The translations under genes and the position numbers were made by a program. From a virus: DNA of 64,000 bases. Below the pieces are notes generated by a model that saw nothing but the letters and a program-made list of their open reading frames with translations, searched no databases and was not told the DNA's origin. Of this stretch, positions 56,331 to 64,000 are shown piece after piece. Numbering within the stretch: the first letter of the stretch is position 1; every line of letters begins with the position of its first letter. The DNA lies in IMG/VR virus record IMGVR_UViG_3300031539_000007, positions 49,044-113,043 of that record. The stretch is one strand, 5' to 3'.

Positions 56331-57702
56331 GTCTGGTGACTTCGATGTTGTAAGAACATTAACAGATTCAGAGGGCGTAGCCCCAACCCTTTTTTCAGAC
56401 CGTCACTATGGTGCCGTGTGGAGAGCAGCACAAGATGAATATATTTCAGCAATGTCCAGTGACGAATATGTATATAGTCTTCCGGGGATACTGGGAAGGA
56501 TAGAAGAGGACTATCGCACTAACGGGCTGGCTGCGCAGGCGTCTAAACTAATGTCTGGGTGGAATATACGAGTCTCGCAGGTGAGTATGGATAACGGCGA
56601 CCCGCTACAAGCTGCGCGCATGATTAAAAACGGGCAGCTTAGGGACACCTTTAAGGCAAGGCAGCCTGGCGATGCGGAACGAGTGCGGAAGTCTGTGACC
56701 CCTGCGGTCGAAATTGCAATGATTGCTCACGAGTTGCTTGCCGCCGCGAATGATAGTGGCGAGCATGTGTCGTCATTGTACGATGCTATTGTTGAAGCAT
56801 CTAAGGCAGACCCCGTATCATGCGGAATACCGTGGATGGACTCGCACCTGTTCTGGACTGGGTACGCGAACAAGGGCGGTCTCGCAACCACGATGAATTA
56901 TGTGATTAGTGCCCCATCTGGTCATGGGAAAACGTCTATAGCGGCCACGTTTGCATCGAGTTGGGTTAAACAGGGATTGCCAGCAATTATGCTGAGTCTT
57001 GAGGAGTCTCGCCCGAATTTCACTGTTCGTATGCTAACTGCATTTACTGGATACGCCCCACATATTATTATCCAATGCGTCAAAGAGATCAGGGGAGACG
57101 GGGAGATTTCTGGTAACGCCAAGAATGTAAAAGACGCACTTGAATACCTTGAAAGATTCCTATTTATTTACGAGGTAGGGGGCGGTATAAACGAAATGGA
57201 AAGTATTGTCCGCCGCCACAGGACGCAATTCGGCAGAGATATTCCAATGATGGTATTGATCGACCATATTGGTGGTATGGATACTGGCGGGGATTCGTGG
57301 TCTCGCACACTAGAGCTTGCCGCCCATGCAATTAAACATCGTTTGGCAATGCAGTTCAACACCGCCGTATTAACATTTACACAACCTTCAAACGAAATGG
57401 AAGAACAGTTAGCGAAGAATAACTACACTACTGTATTTGAGGGGCGGGCATCAAAAGCTATTAAGCAATGGGCGGATTATTTCGTTGTCATGTGCAAACA
57501 CAACGATATGATAAACACAACGGTTGTGCAGTCTGGCAAGAACAGATTCTTGGTCGGGCAGCGGGTCGCGGAAGGTGGCGGGAAGCTGCCTGAGTGGGGC
57601 GTGTTCCAGTTCGACTTAATGACTGGGACAATAACAAATCGTTTAATAACAGATGACTTACAGGCCGAAATTAGAGCGAGCCTGGTTGGGCGAGGTAAAT
57701 AA
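56263..57702 (+). CDS. DnaB-like (SF4) replicative helicase
   Basis: SAPSGHGKTS Walker A, SLEE, IDHI, TQ, KNRF. Confidence 0.8.
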   Translation: MLVENQYIEQQKTIAYTVLAQAKSGDFDVVRTLTDSEGVAPTLFSDRHYGAVWRAAQDEYISAMSSDEYVYSLPGILGRIEEDYRTNGLAAQASKLMSGWNIRVSQVSMDNGDPLQAARMIKNGQLRDTFKARQPGDAERVRKSVTPAVEIAMIAHELLAAANDSGEHVSSLYDAIVEASKADPVSCGIPWMDSHLFWTGYANKGGLATTMNYVISAPSGHGKTSIAATFASSWVKQGLPAIMLSLEESRPNFTVRMLTAFTGYAPHIIIQCVKEIRGDGEISGNAKNVKDALEYLERFLFIYEVGGGINEMESIVRRHRTQFGRDIPMMVLIDHIGGMDTGGDSWSRTLELAAHAIKHRLAMQFNTAVLTFTQPSNEMEEQLAKNNYTTVFEGRASKAIKQWADYFVVMCKHNDMINTTVVQSGKNRFLVGQRVAEGGGKLPEWGVFQFDLMTGTITNRLITDDLQAEIRASLVGRGK

Positions 57703-57706
57703 GCCA

Positions 57707-58003
57707 ATGGCGGAAATGCCGTCAGAAAATAATGACAACTTCTACGCCTACCGCAAGTGGAAAGAACACATCGCGGTTGCGGCGCGTTACGAACGAATAA
57801 AGGTCGAGTTCTCGCCAGGCTGGGCGGCGTCTACGCTTCCGTGTAGCTGCGGGGGTGAGCACAACTCAATCTTCGTGCTGGACACAAAGATGTACGTGTG
57901 TCCTATAACCCACTGGTTGCACTGGCATCGCTTGTCACTTGATGGGTTGTACGATACGCCAACACGTGATGAGTACTTTAGAATGTTGGGGAAAGGAGAG
58001 TAA
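57707..58003 (+). CDS. Small Cys/His-rich protein
   Basis: GAGG RBS; CSCG..H..CP..H. Confidence 0.55.
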   Translation: MAEMPSENNDNFYAYRKWKEHIAVAARYERIKVEFSPGWAASTLPCSCGGEHNSIFVLDTKMYVCPITHWLHWHRLSLDGLYDTPTRDEYFRMLGKGE

Positions 58004-58009
58004 CAAGAA

Positions 58010-58912
58010 ATGGGTATGGAAATTGTTACACTGACTGGATATACAATGTCGCAAGTAATCGAAAAACTCGACGATGCACTTGAGCCAGATGCTTACAAGA
58101 AAGTTGATGGCGTCCCTGGGAACTTTACCGACATCAGGCCCGCATGGTTGTGGCAACTCTTGAACAATGTGTTTGGCCTGTGCGGTATTGGCTGGTGGTA
58201 TACCTATGATACTATCAATACGCGCTCAGAGATGCGCCCAACATCTAGCGGAGAGAAGCTGTACTACGTAGCTGAAATTCCACGAGTTGATTTCTTCTAC
58301 AGGATGCTTGTTGATGGGGCAGAACGCGACTTTGGCCCTGTCTCGTCGCCTGGGATGTCAGATAATGTTCTCAAGCCAGAGTGGGCTGCGAAAGGCGCGG
58401 TAACGTCTGCGCTTACATCATCTGCCTCAAGACTTGGATGGCAATCGTCTGTCTATAAGGGCCATAGGTCGCACACTAATAAGGGCGCGGCTGGCGATGC
58501 GGCGTGGGATTCTGAGGGCATAGAGCAAGCTGCCCTGTCTGTTGATGACGTGGTGGCGATGAGTAACATCAAGAACCTGCGCGAGGCATCCACTGGCAAC
58601 GATGGGAAGGCGCTGCTCGCACAGTTAAAACTGTTGAAGATGGCCCTACCAGACACCCCGATGAAGAATATTAGTAGCGTTCTCGGTAAGGGCACCGACC
58701 CTTTCAAGGCAGCCCTGGAGCACGTATGCCAGGGGAGTGGCCTGGGCGAGAAAGCGTTCACCACAGTCTCTGCGGCTTTCTTTGACAGGGGCGCGTCAAC
58801 GATTGGCGAACTGCTAATCGTGTGGGATGCGCTGTGCGCCATCATCAACAGCGAGACGCTTGAAGACCGCGTTATGCTGTACAAGGGGACAGTCAGTGCC
58901 GCCGCCGATTAG
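58010..58912 (+). CDS. Rad52/Sak-like single-strand annealing protein
   Basis: I.PAW...LN.VFG.CG.GW, A.KGAVTSAL...AS.LG....VYKG. Confidence 0.72.
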   Translation: MGMEIVTLTGYTMSQVIEKLDDALEPDAYKKVDGVPGNFTDIRPAWLWQLLNNVFGLCGIGWWYTYDTINTRSEMRPTSSGEKLYYVAEIPRVDFFYRMLVDGAERDFGPVSSPGMSDNVLKPEWAAKGAVTSALTSSASRLGWQSSVYKGHRSHTNKGAAGDAAWDSEGIEQAALSVDDVVAMSNIKNLREASTGNDGKALLAQLKLLKMALPDTPMKNISSVLGKGTDPFKAALEHVCQGSGLGEKAFTTVSAAFFDRGASTIGELLIVWDALCAIINSETLEDRVMLYKGTVSAAAD

Positions 58913-59876
58913 ACACACTTCTCTGGTAACGAGGGACGAAATCGAGCGCCTGCGGGCGCTCCTTTCCCCTACGTTCATCAACGAACTCGACGAGGTATTG
59001 TACCGCTTCGGTGTTAGCCTTGGCTTCCAACGTCTCGCCGAGATTTCGGCGCAGTTCTATGCCAGTTGGATAGATTGGCGTGGGTTGTGGGCTGATGCCC
59101 GTGATCGGTACTGGGAGGATTATCTCGGCGCGCGTAGATACGAGCGCAGAGAAGACGCTCCTAAAGATCGCCAGGACAAGCTGATATATAAAGACTATCA
59201 GCGCTGGCGCTCCTTCCAAGCCTTTATTGATTGGACTTGCGAAAATCTGCCCATCGGCAAAACAACGTTCTGGATGCGCAATCGGCAGATCAAGATCGAG
59301 TTGCAGTTGTGGGTGCGCGAGCACCAGACCGACGACATCCCGATTGAGGACTTCCTTAGAATTGTAGAGGGGGTCTGCATAAACAAGGCGGTAGGGTGGC
59401 AAATAACCGCCGCCCTTATGGTGGTGGAAAAAGAAAATCGCGGTGCGTCGCCCGTTATTACCGGAGTCAACCACGAGAACGTGAATAGGGTTGCCGAAAG
59501 CATGGGCGTGGGGATGCCAGACGAGCAGGACACCGCTGAATACGAGGCTGCCGCAGCCGGTGTAGCGGCGCAATATATCCAGGATCAGCGAACCCGAATA
59601 GCTGACGGTGAGGCCGCGCGCGTCGTGTTGCGCGAGACACGCCGCCATCTGCGCACATATAGGAAATGCGAAGTCAGAAGGTCTGGCGGCGATCTTTACC
59701 TTGAGTATCGTCAGCCAATAGAAGACGACGATCTAATCGACTTCGATATTGACCCGCCAGAGACATACGCGATTAAGTTTCTTGATCGCGATGGCAATAT
59801 GCTAAAAGTAGACGAGCTGCCTATTACGGTACAGGAGTGGCTGCATAACCGTCTGGTGTTCACTGCAATAAGCTAG
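58827..59876 (+). CDS. Hypothetical protein (start uncertain), possible HTH-like core
   Basis: Long ORF; WRSFQAFIDW.....IGKTT. Confidence 0.6.
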   Translation: MRCAPSSTARRLKTALCCTRGQSVPPPIRHTSLVTRDEIERLRALLSPTFINELDEVLYRFGVSLGFQRLAEISAQFYASWIDWRGLWADARDRYWEDYLGARRYERREDAPKDRQDKLIYKDYQRWRSFQAFIDWTCENLPIGKTTFWMRNRQIKIELQLWVREHQTDDIPIEDFLRIVEGVCINKAVGWQITAALMVVEKENRGASPVITGVNHENVNRVAESMGVGMPDEQDTAEYEAAAAGVAAQYIQDQRTRIADGEAARVVLRETRRHLRTYRKCEVRRSGGDLYLEYRQPIEDDDLIDFDIDPPETYAIKFLDRDGNMLKVDELPITVQEWLHNRLVFTAIS

Positions 59877-60640
59877 AAATCCCTTGCACCAATAATCTCA
59901 GGTATGGCAGACTCGCGTGCTTCGGTGCGCCAGACAGACCAGGTATCACGGTCGTCATCGGACGACAGGGTGTGGCAGAACGCGGCTTTAACAAGCTGTG
60001 TTTCTGCCATTTGTTTGTAGAATAGCAGATACTGTTCTGCTTTAATGCGCTTGGGCACGTTGTTATTGTGATTGTAGAACGTCACGTAGACAGGCTTGCC
60101 GTACTGCAACACTATGTTGCGCACATACCACACGCAGGCGTACATAGAAGACAGATCGCCCTCTATGCTATCCCACCTTACACTCGTCGATACAAAGTCG
60201 GCTATGTCAATAGCGTCGCGCGCCTGGCTCTCGAACACCGTGCTACTTTGACGATAATCGCCAATGTCGTCGCCGACTTCGAGCTTTGGGAATCCGAAGT
60301 AGGCCAACGGGAAACGATGACTCAGGTATTTGACTATCGCTATCCACCACATGGCAAACTCATCGCCAGAAGACCAAGCCCAGCCGTAGCCGTGCCGTTG
60401 GACATTGGGATAGGCGTGAATCTCGTAGTATGTGACGCGCGGATAGTTGATCGCGATCTGATCCACGCATCTCTGTGTATACTCAGCGAAGTTCGTGAGG
60501 TACGGGATGACAATCGCGACGGCTGATGTTGGTGGATTGGCGCACGTGGCGAGTGTGTGTACCGCCTCTATACGTGCTGTTTCAATAGTTTCCAGGTCTG
60601 CTACGGAGAAGTCTTGTAGTTTTGTTACTCCTATTTTCAT
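59873..60640 (-). CDS. GH-like TIM-barrel protein lacking both catalytic glutamates
   Basis: YYEIHAYPN (vs EIGNEPN), W..GDEFA.W, FP.AYFGFP.L, PVYVTF (vs ITE). Confidence 0.6.
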   Translation of the reverse strand: MKIGVTKLQDFSVADLETIETARIEAVHTLATCANPPTSAVAIVIPYLTNFAEYTQRCVDQIAINYPRVTYYEIHAYPNVQRHGYGWAWSSGDEFAMWWIAIVKYLSHRFPLAYFGFPKLEVGDDIGDYRQSSTVFESQARDAIDIADFVSTSVRWDSIEGDLSSMYACVWYVRNIVLQYGKPVYVTFYNHNNNVPKRIKAEQYLLFYKQMAETQLVKAAFCHTLSSDDDRDTWSVWRTEARESAIPEIIGARDF

Positions 60641-60647
60641 AGGGAAC

Positions 60648-60676
60648 AGTGTACCACATATTCAATTGAAAGTCAA
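60648..60676 (-). promoter_or_regulatory. Sigma70-type promoter
   Basis: TTGACT-17nt-TACACT with TG extension. Confidence 0.55.
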
Positions 60677-60685
60677 GCCGGTGCT

Positions 60686-60928
60686 CTACTCATCTAGCGG
60701 TGCGTCTGCAATCGGGGCGGCCTCAATAGCTTGCTCGACACGCTCAATCGACATTCTCCCTGGCGCACCAGAGATGGTGTATTCGCCATCGGGCAAGCCA
60801 AAGCTATTGCGCAGCAGTTCGATCTGCTCTTTGAATGCGGCTGACCACTCCGCGTCTGCGGACGCACGCGCATTCACCAGCGCCATCACGATTGTCTCTT
60901 GTGCTTTACTAAGGTCTCTCTTAATCAT
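60686..60928 (-). CDS. Small protein downstream of tail fibre (paralog of 60994-61251)
   Basis: LSKA..AL...R...Q...LR....LP.G.Y. Confidence 0.65.
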   Translation of the reverse strand: MIKRDLSKAQETIVMALVNARASADAEWSAAFKEQIELLRNSFGLPDGEYTISGAPGRMSIERVEQAIEAAPIADAPLDE

Positions 60929-60993
60929 ATTTCTCCTTGTGTATCCACCCGGCTGTTCCGGGCGGCCTTAACGAACTTGGGAATCTCAAATAT

Positions 60994-61251
60994 TCACCTC
61001 CGCATTAACCCAGGCGGTAGTGGCAAGATTGTGACCTTGGCCCCCCCAAACATTCTCAAGACCACCCCATCTTGATTTGCAATAAAATCATACCGTCCTT
61101 CCGGGAGGTCTAGCTCTTGCCTGAGTGCCGCCGCTTGTGCCTCAAGTGCTACATTGACTCTATCAATAACCTCTGATGCAGCACGCCGTTCTTCAATCAG
61201 CGCGACAATCGCTTTGGCTTCAGCCTTACTCAATTTATGCTCGTTCATCAC
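60994..61251 (-). CDS. Small protein downstream of tail fibre (possible chaperone)
   Basis: AAGGAG RBS; paralogous pattern. Confidence 0.65.
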   Translation of the reverse strand: MMNEHKLSKAEAKAIVALIEERRAASEVIDRVNVALEAQAAALRQELDLPEGRYDFIANQDGVVLRMFGGAKVTILPLPPGLMRR

Positions 61252-61263
61252 AGCTCCTTTAGC

Positions 61264-63948
61264 TTAGTACAGATTCTGCCACGCGCCATTGATACGCGCC
61301 ACCACATTATGCGTACTGGTGTTGTAGTATATCATTCCGTTCTGTACACCAACGGTAGGGGCTGATGCAGACTGCCCGACGCAAACGGGCGCTTGGAATA
61401 CAATATGCGTTGCCCCAGTAGACGAGATTGTACCATTGCTATCGACATTTAACCTTACATCGGTTTCGTCTACGTTGTCAATGGCCGCTACAATTGCGAC
61501 CGTGCCATTTGTCCACGGGTCGTCAGTCTCCCGCTTCGCAACCATCCACATACTGCCCTTGAACCACGCTGTAGGATAGTAGTCGCCATATACGTAGCCG
61601 AGGCGTCTGTCAGTCCCGCTGTCGTCGTATTCCCACTTCACAGTATTTGCGTCTGCGGTAGCCGTATAGTCTTCTCCGCGAATTGAAGCCCCGTCGCCGT
61701 CTATCCACACAAGCCCCTTCGCCGCGTAGAACTTACCGTCAGTTGCGTCGATCTTGGTGATCCATACATCCGACCAAAGATCATATATTCCAGTTCTATC
61801 AATCCAAATCCCCGTCCCTGAATCTACGGCTGTTGGTGGCGTTCCCCCGATAGAGATAGCACTGTTGGCTCCTGGCATTGTCAGCTTCTTGGTGATCTCT
61901 GCCCCAGCAGAAGCATCCAGCGTAATCACTGCCGCCCCGCCACTGTCTTTGATCGTAAGTATGCCAGCAGCGGTCATCCCAATGCGTTCGGTGGTGTTAT
62001 TGCGGATGCTGATAGCGCCCGAAGAAATAAGGACATTGTTTTGGTTTGCCGCGACTTCTCCAATGGTAAGTATGCCCGCTGCCGTAAGCGCTATTTTGGC
62101 CGTGGTGTTGTTGCGGATACTAATAGCGCCAGAAGAGATCAAGACGTTGTTTTGGCTGGCCGCGACTTGCCCCACTGTAATGACTCCGGTGGCATTGATT
62201 GACATATTGGTTGTTTCTACATCAAGCGGACTGACTATAATGAAATTCATTAAACCGCCAGATATTTCAACACGACTACTCCGCGTGCCAGCCTCGCCTA
62301 TTGTCAGTTTGCCTGCCGAGCCATCAAGGATGATGTGCGAGATTATCCCCTCGCGCAGCTTCAAATCGCCTTCTGAGACATCCCACAACAGGTTGGCTTT
62401 ACTTGCGCTATTATCGCCGAGCAACACATCGCCCGCCGTTACCGCCTCGCTGTTATACGTCTGCGCGTTGGCAAACACGGCCAACGTTGTAGTCGCCGGT
62501 GCGCTGATGTCACTCCCAAAGAAGGCGTCCCCGTCAGTCTCGATACCCACGGTCTGCACTGCCGTGGCGCTGTACGCGGAGATGCCGTCAGTGTCGATCT
62601 GTACCCGTGCCCCGCTCATACTGGTACGCAGGTCTATTTGCCCATCCAGGATGTACAGGCCGGGCTTGTTGAACGCCCCCATATCGGTGAGTGCGCTATT
62701 GCTTGCATAGATCGACGCGACTTCCTCAGCAGTCAGCACACGGTCGAACACTGCATACTCATCGAGTGCCCAACCGCCAGAATAACCTGCTCCCAGAGTG
62801 TATGGCCCCAGCGCCCAATCTACTACCGCAGTTGGAGCAGTTAGCGCGGTCGTGTCGGTGTCTGCTACTGCTCCATTGACGTAGATGGCATAACTATCGG
62901 CGGTGTAATCAAGTGTTATAACTATGTGTATCCAGTCGCCAGCTACAAAAGTTTGCGCTGCCGTGCCCAGTCTATCCCCAGCACTAATAAAAACTGCAAA
63001 GTAATTACCAGCAGGGTAAAATCTTAGAAGTGTGCGATTGGCGTTGTCTGCCCCGCGATAGTCCATTATGTACGCTTGGTTTGCCCCGCACGGCCAGTTA
63101 GCGTCATCAGCGTCGTATTGTGCCTGAATCCATAGCGCAAACGAGACAGTGTTGTTGTCACTCAGTAGTCCACAATGAGCATCGAGGTTGGCCGTTGTCG
63201 CCGCCCGCGTGCTTGTGCTTGCGTGTGCCGTGCCTGTCCAGGCGTAGCCTGTTCCAAGAGAGCCGTCGATGTATGACGTTGCAAATGCGGACTTCTCGAA
63301 CTGTACAGCGTCAAGATGGTACGTGTGCACGCCGGTTCCGGCGCGGGTGAATGCTGGGGATGCAAATGCAGCCGTCGCGGGACTCTCTGCCGTGATTTGA
63401 TACCGTAGCCAGCCATTTGTGATTGTCGCGGCCTGCGTTGATGTAGAAAGCACCCCGCCGCCAGCGTCGCGCCAGGTAATTCCTAATTGTCCAGCATACG
63501 ACGGTTCCCCTACAACGCGCAGGTATGCCGTGAATGTGTAATCGCTGCTTGCATCCACTGGTATTCTGGTAGTGTTGTGGATAACTACACCCGCGCCCGC
63601 AACGTCTGCCACCACAACTTCAAGGCACGCATCCCCACGTACTGCATCCGTCGTAATGCGAGTGATGGTTGTACCGGCCCCGGCCAGTGTGTAATAAGTT
63701 GTGTCTACTTCTACGGATGGGTTTTCAACCAGGTTCGTCGCTGCATCCTCCACCATCAGCGCGCGCGACTCTGCCCAGCGTCCCGCGACTTCGTGGAACG
63801 CCCCGCCGATTGTCGCCGTCTGCCCGCGCGTCGATACCCAGGACGTGGGGGATTTCTCGTAGTACGGACTCAGCAACAACAACCCGTCGGCTTGCGAGAA
63901 CAACGATTGTCCCGCGCTCTCGCTGATTGCCAACGTTGATAGCCACAC
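61264..63948 (-). CDS. Tail fibre/receptor-binding protein (CBM-like + LamG-like domains, beta-repeat shaft); extends beyond window end
   Basis: TNLVENPS.E..DAVQFE..ATSYIDG; W.HIVIT...IYVNG..LDE.AVFDRVLTAEEV LamG pattern; 37-aa internal repeat; frame open to 64000. Confidence 0.75.
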   Translation of the reverse strand: MWLSTLAISESAGQSLFSQADGLLLLSPYYEKSPTSWVSTRGQTATIGGAFHEVAGRWAESRALMVEDAATNLVENPSVEVDTTYYTLAGAGTTITRITTDAVRGDACLEVVVADVAGAGVVIHNTTRIPVDASSDYTFTAYLRVVGEPSYAGQLGITWRDAGGGVLSTSTQAATITNGWLRYQITAESPATAAFASPAFTRAGTGVHTYHLDAVQFEKSAFATSYIDGSLGTGYAWTGTAHASTSTRAATTANLDAHCGLLSDNNTVSFALWIQAQYDADDANWPCGANQAYIMDYRGADNANRTLLRFYPAGNYFAVFISAGDRLGTAAQTFVAGDWIHIVITLDYTADSYAIYVNGAVADTDTTALTAPTAVVDWALGPYTLGAGYSGGWALDEYAVFDRVLTAEEVASIYASNSALTDMGAFNKPGLYILDGQIDLRTSMSGARVQIDTDGISAYSATAVQTVGIETDGDAFFGSDISAPATTTLAVFANAQTYNSEAVTAGDVLLGDNSASKANLLWDVSEGDLKLREGIISHIILDGSAGKLTIGEAGTRSSRVEISGGLMNFIIVSPLDVETTNMSINATGVITVGQVAASQNNVLISSGAISIRNNTTAKIALTAAGILTIGEVAANQNNVLISSGAISIRNNTTERIGMTAAGILTIKDSGGAAVITLDASAGAEITKKLTMPGANSAISIGGTPPTAVDSGTGIWIDRTGIYDLWSDVWITKIDATDGKFYAAKGLVWIDGDGASIRGEDYTATADANTVKWEYDDSGTDRRLGYVYGDYYPTAWFKGSMWMVAKRETDDPWTNGTVAIVAAIDNVDETDVRLNVDSNGTISSTGATHIVFQAPVCVGQSASAPTVGVQNGMIYYNTSTHNVVARINGAWQNLY

Positions 63949-64000
63949 TGTACCATCACCGTAGACAATAAAACGCTTGTCGCTGCTGGAAGGCCCGGCC

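Noticed and set aside
61754-62710. Long antisense ORFs (also 13083-13712, 58893-59648, 44061-44795, 8190-8813)
   Set aside because: They shadow well-supported genes on the opposite strand and have no RBS or motifs.
61264-63948. Diversity-generating retroelement target
   Set aside because: No reverse transcriptase in the window, and the repeat differences are synonymous rather than adenine-specific.

Overview
The window looks like part of a large tailed dsDNA phage genome (or prophage). Protein types such as GH-like TIM-barrel/amidase fusions and an Excalibur-like protein point weakly to a Chloroflexota host, which is an inference. Layout: (1) 1-6.7 kb, plus strand: lysis-type GH/amidase gene (5'-truncated), holin-like gene, class II ribonucleotide reductase. 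(2) 6.7-23.0 kb, minus strand: two DNA methyltransferases, beta-clamp, metallophosphoesterase, DUF932-like protein, FtsK-like ATPase with membrane genes, and many small ORFs. (3) 23.1-24.0 kb: divergent non-coding hub with tandem repeats and palindromes. (4) 24.0-59.9 kb, plus strand: a long run of small early-type ORFs, stand-alone MutS domain I, a second FtsK, three tRNAs plus a tRNA-like RNA, an RHH regulator, a PD-(D/E)xK nuclease, SSB, DnaB-like helicase and Rad52-like annealase. (5) 59.9-64 kb, minus strand: degenerate GH and tail fibre module. The main finding is an array at 25.5-38.4 kb in which 27 copies of a 15-bp palindrome, TTCTAGT[C/G]ACTAGAA, sit almost always at gene junctions. 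They supply the stop codon of 12 genes and usually lead into the next RBS. A ~350-nt highly structured leader precedes the array. A second 8-4-8 palindrome (CCTACTCA-AAGA-TGAGTAGG, 8 copies) is spread across the window. Several candidate structured RNAs are also present. All calls come from manual reading and motif recognition; no database search was run.
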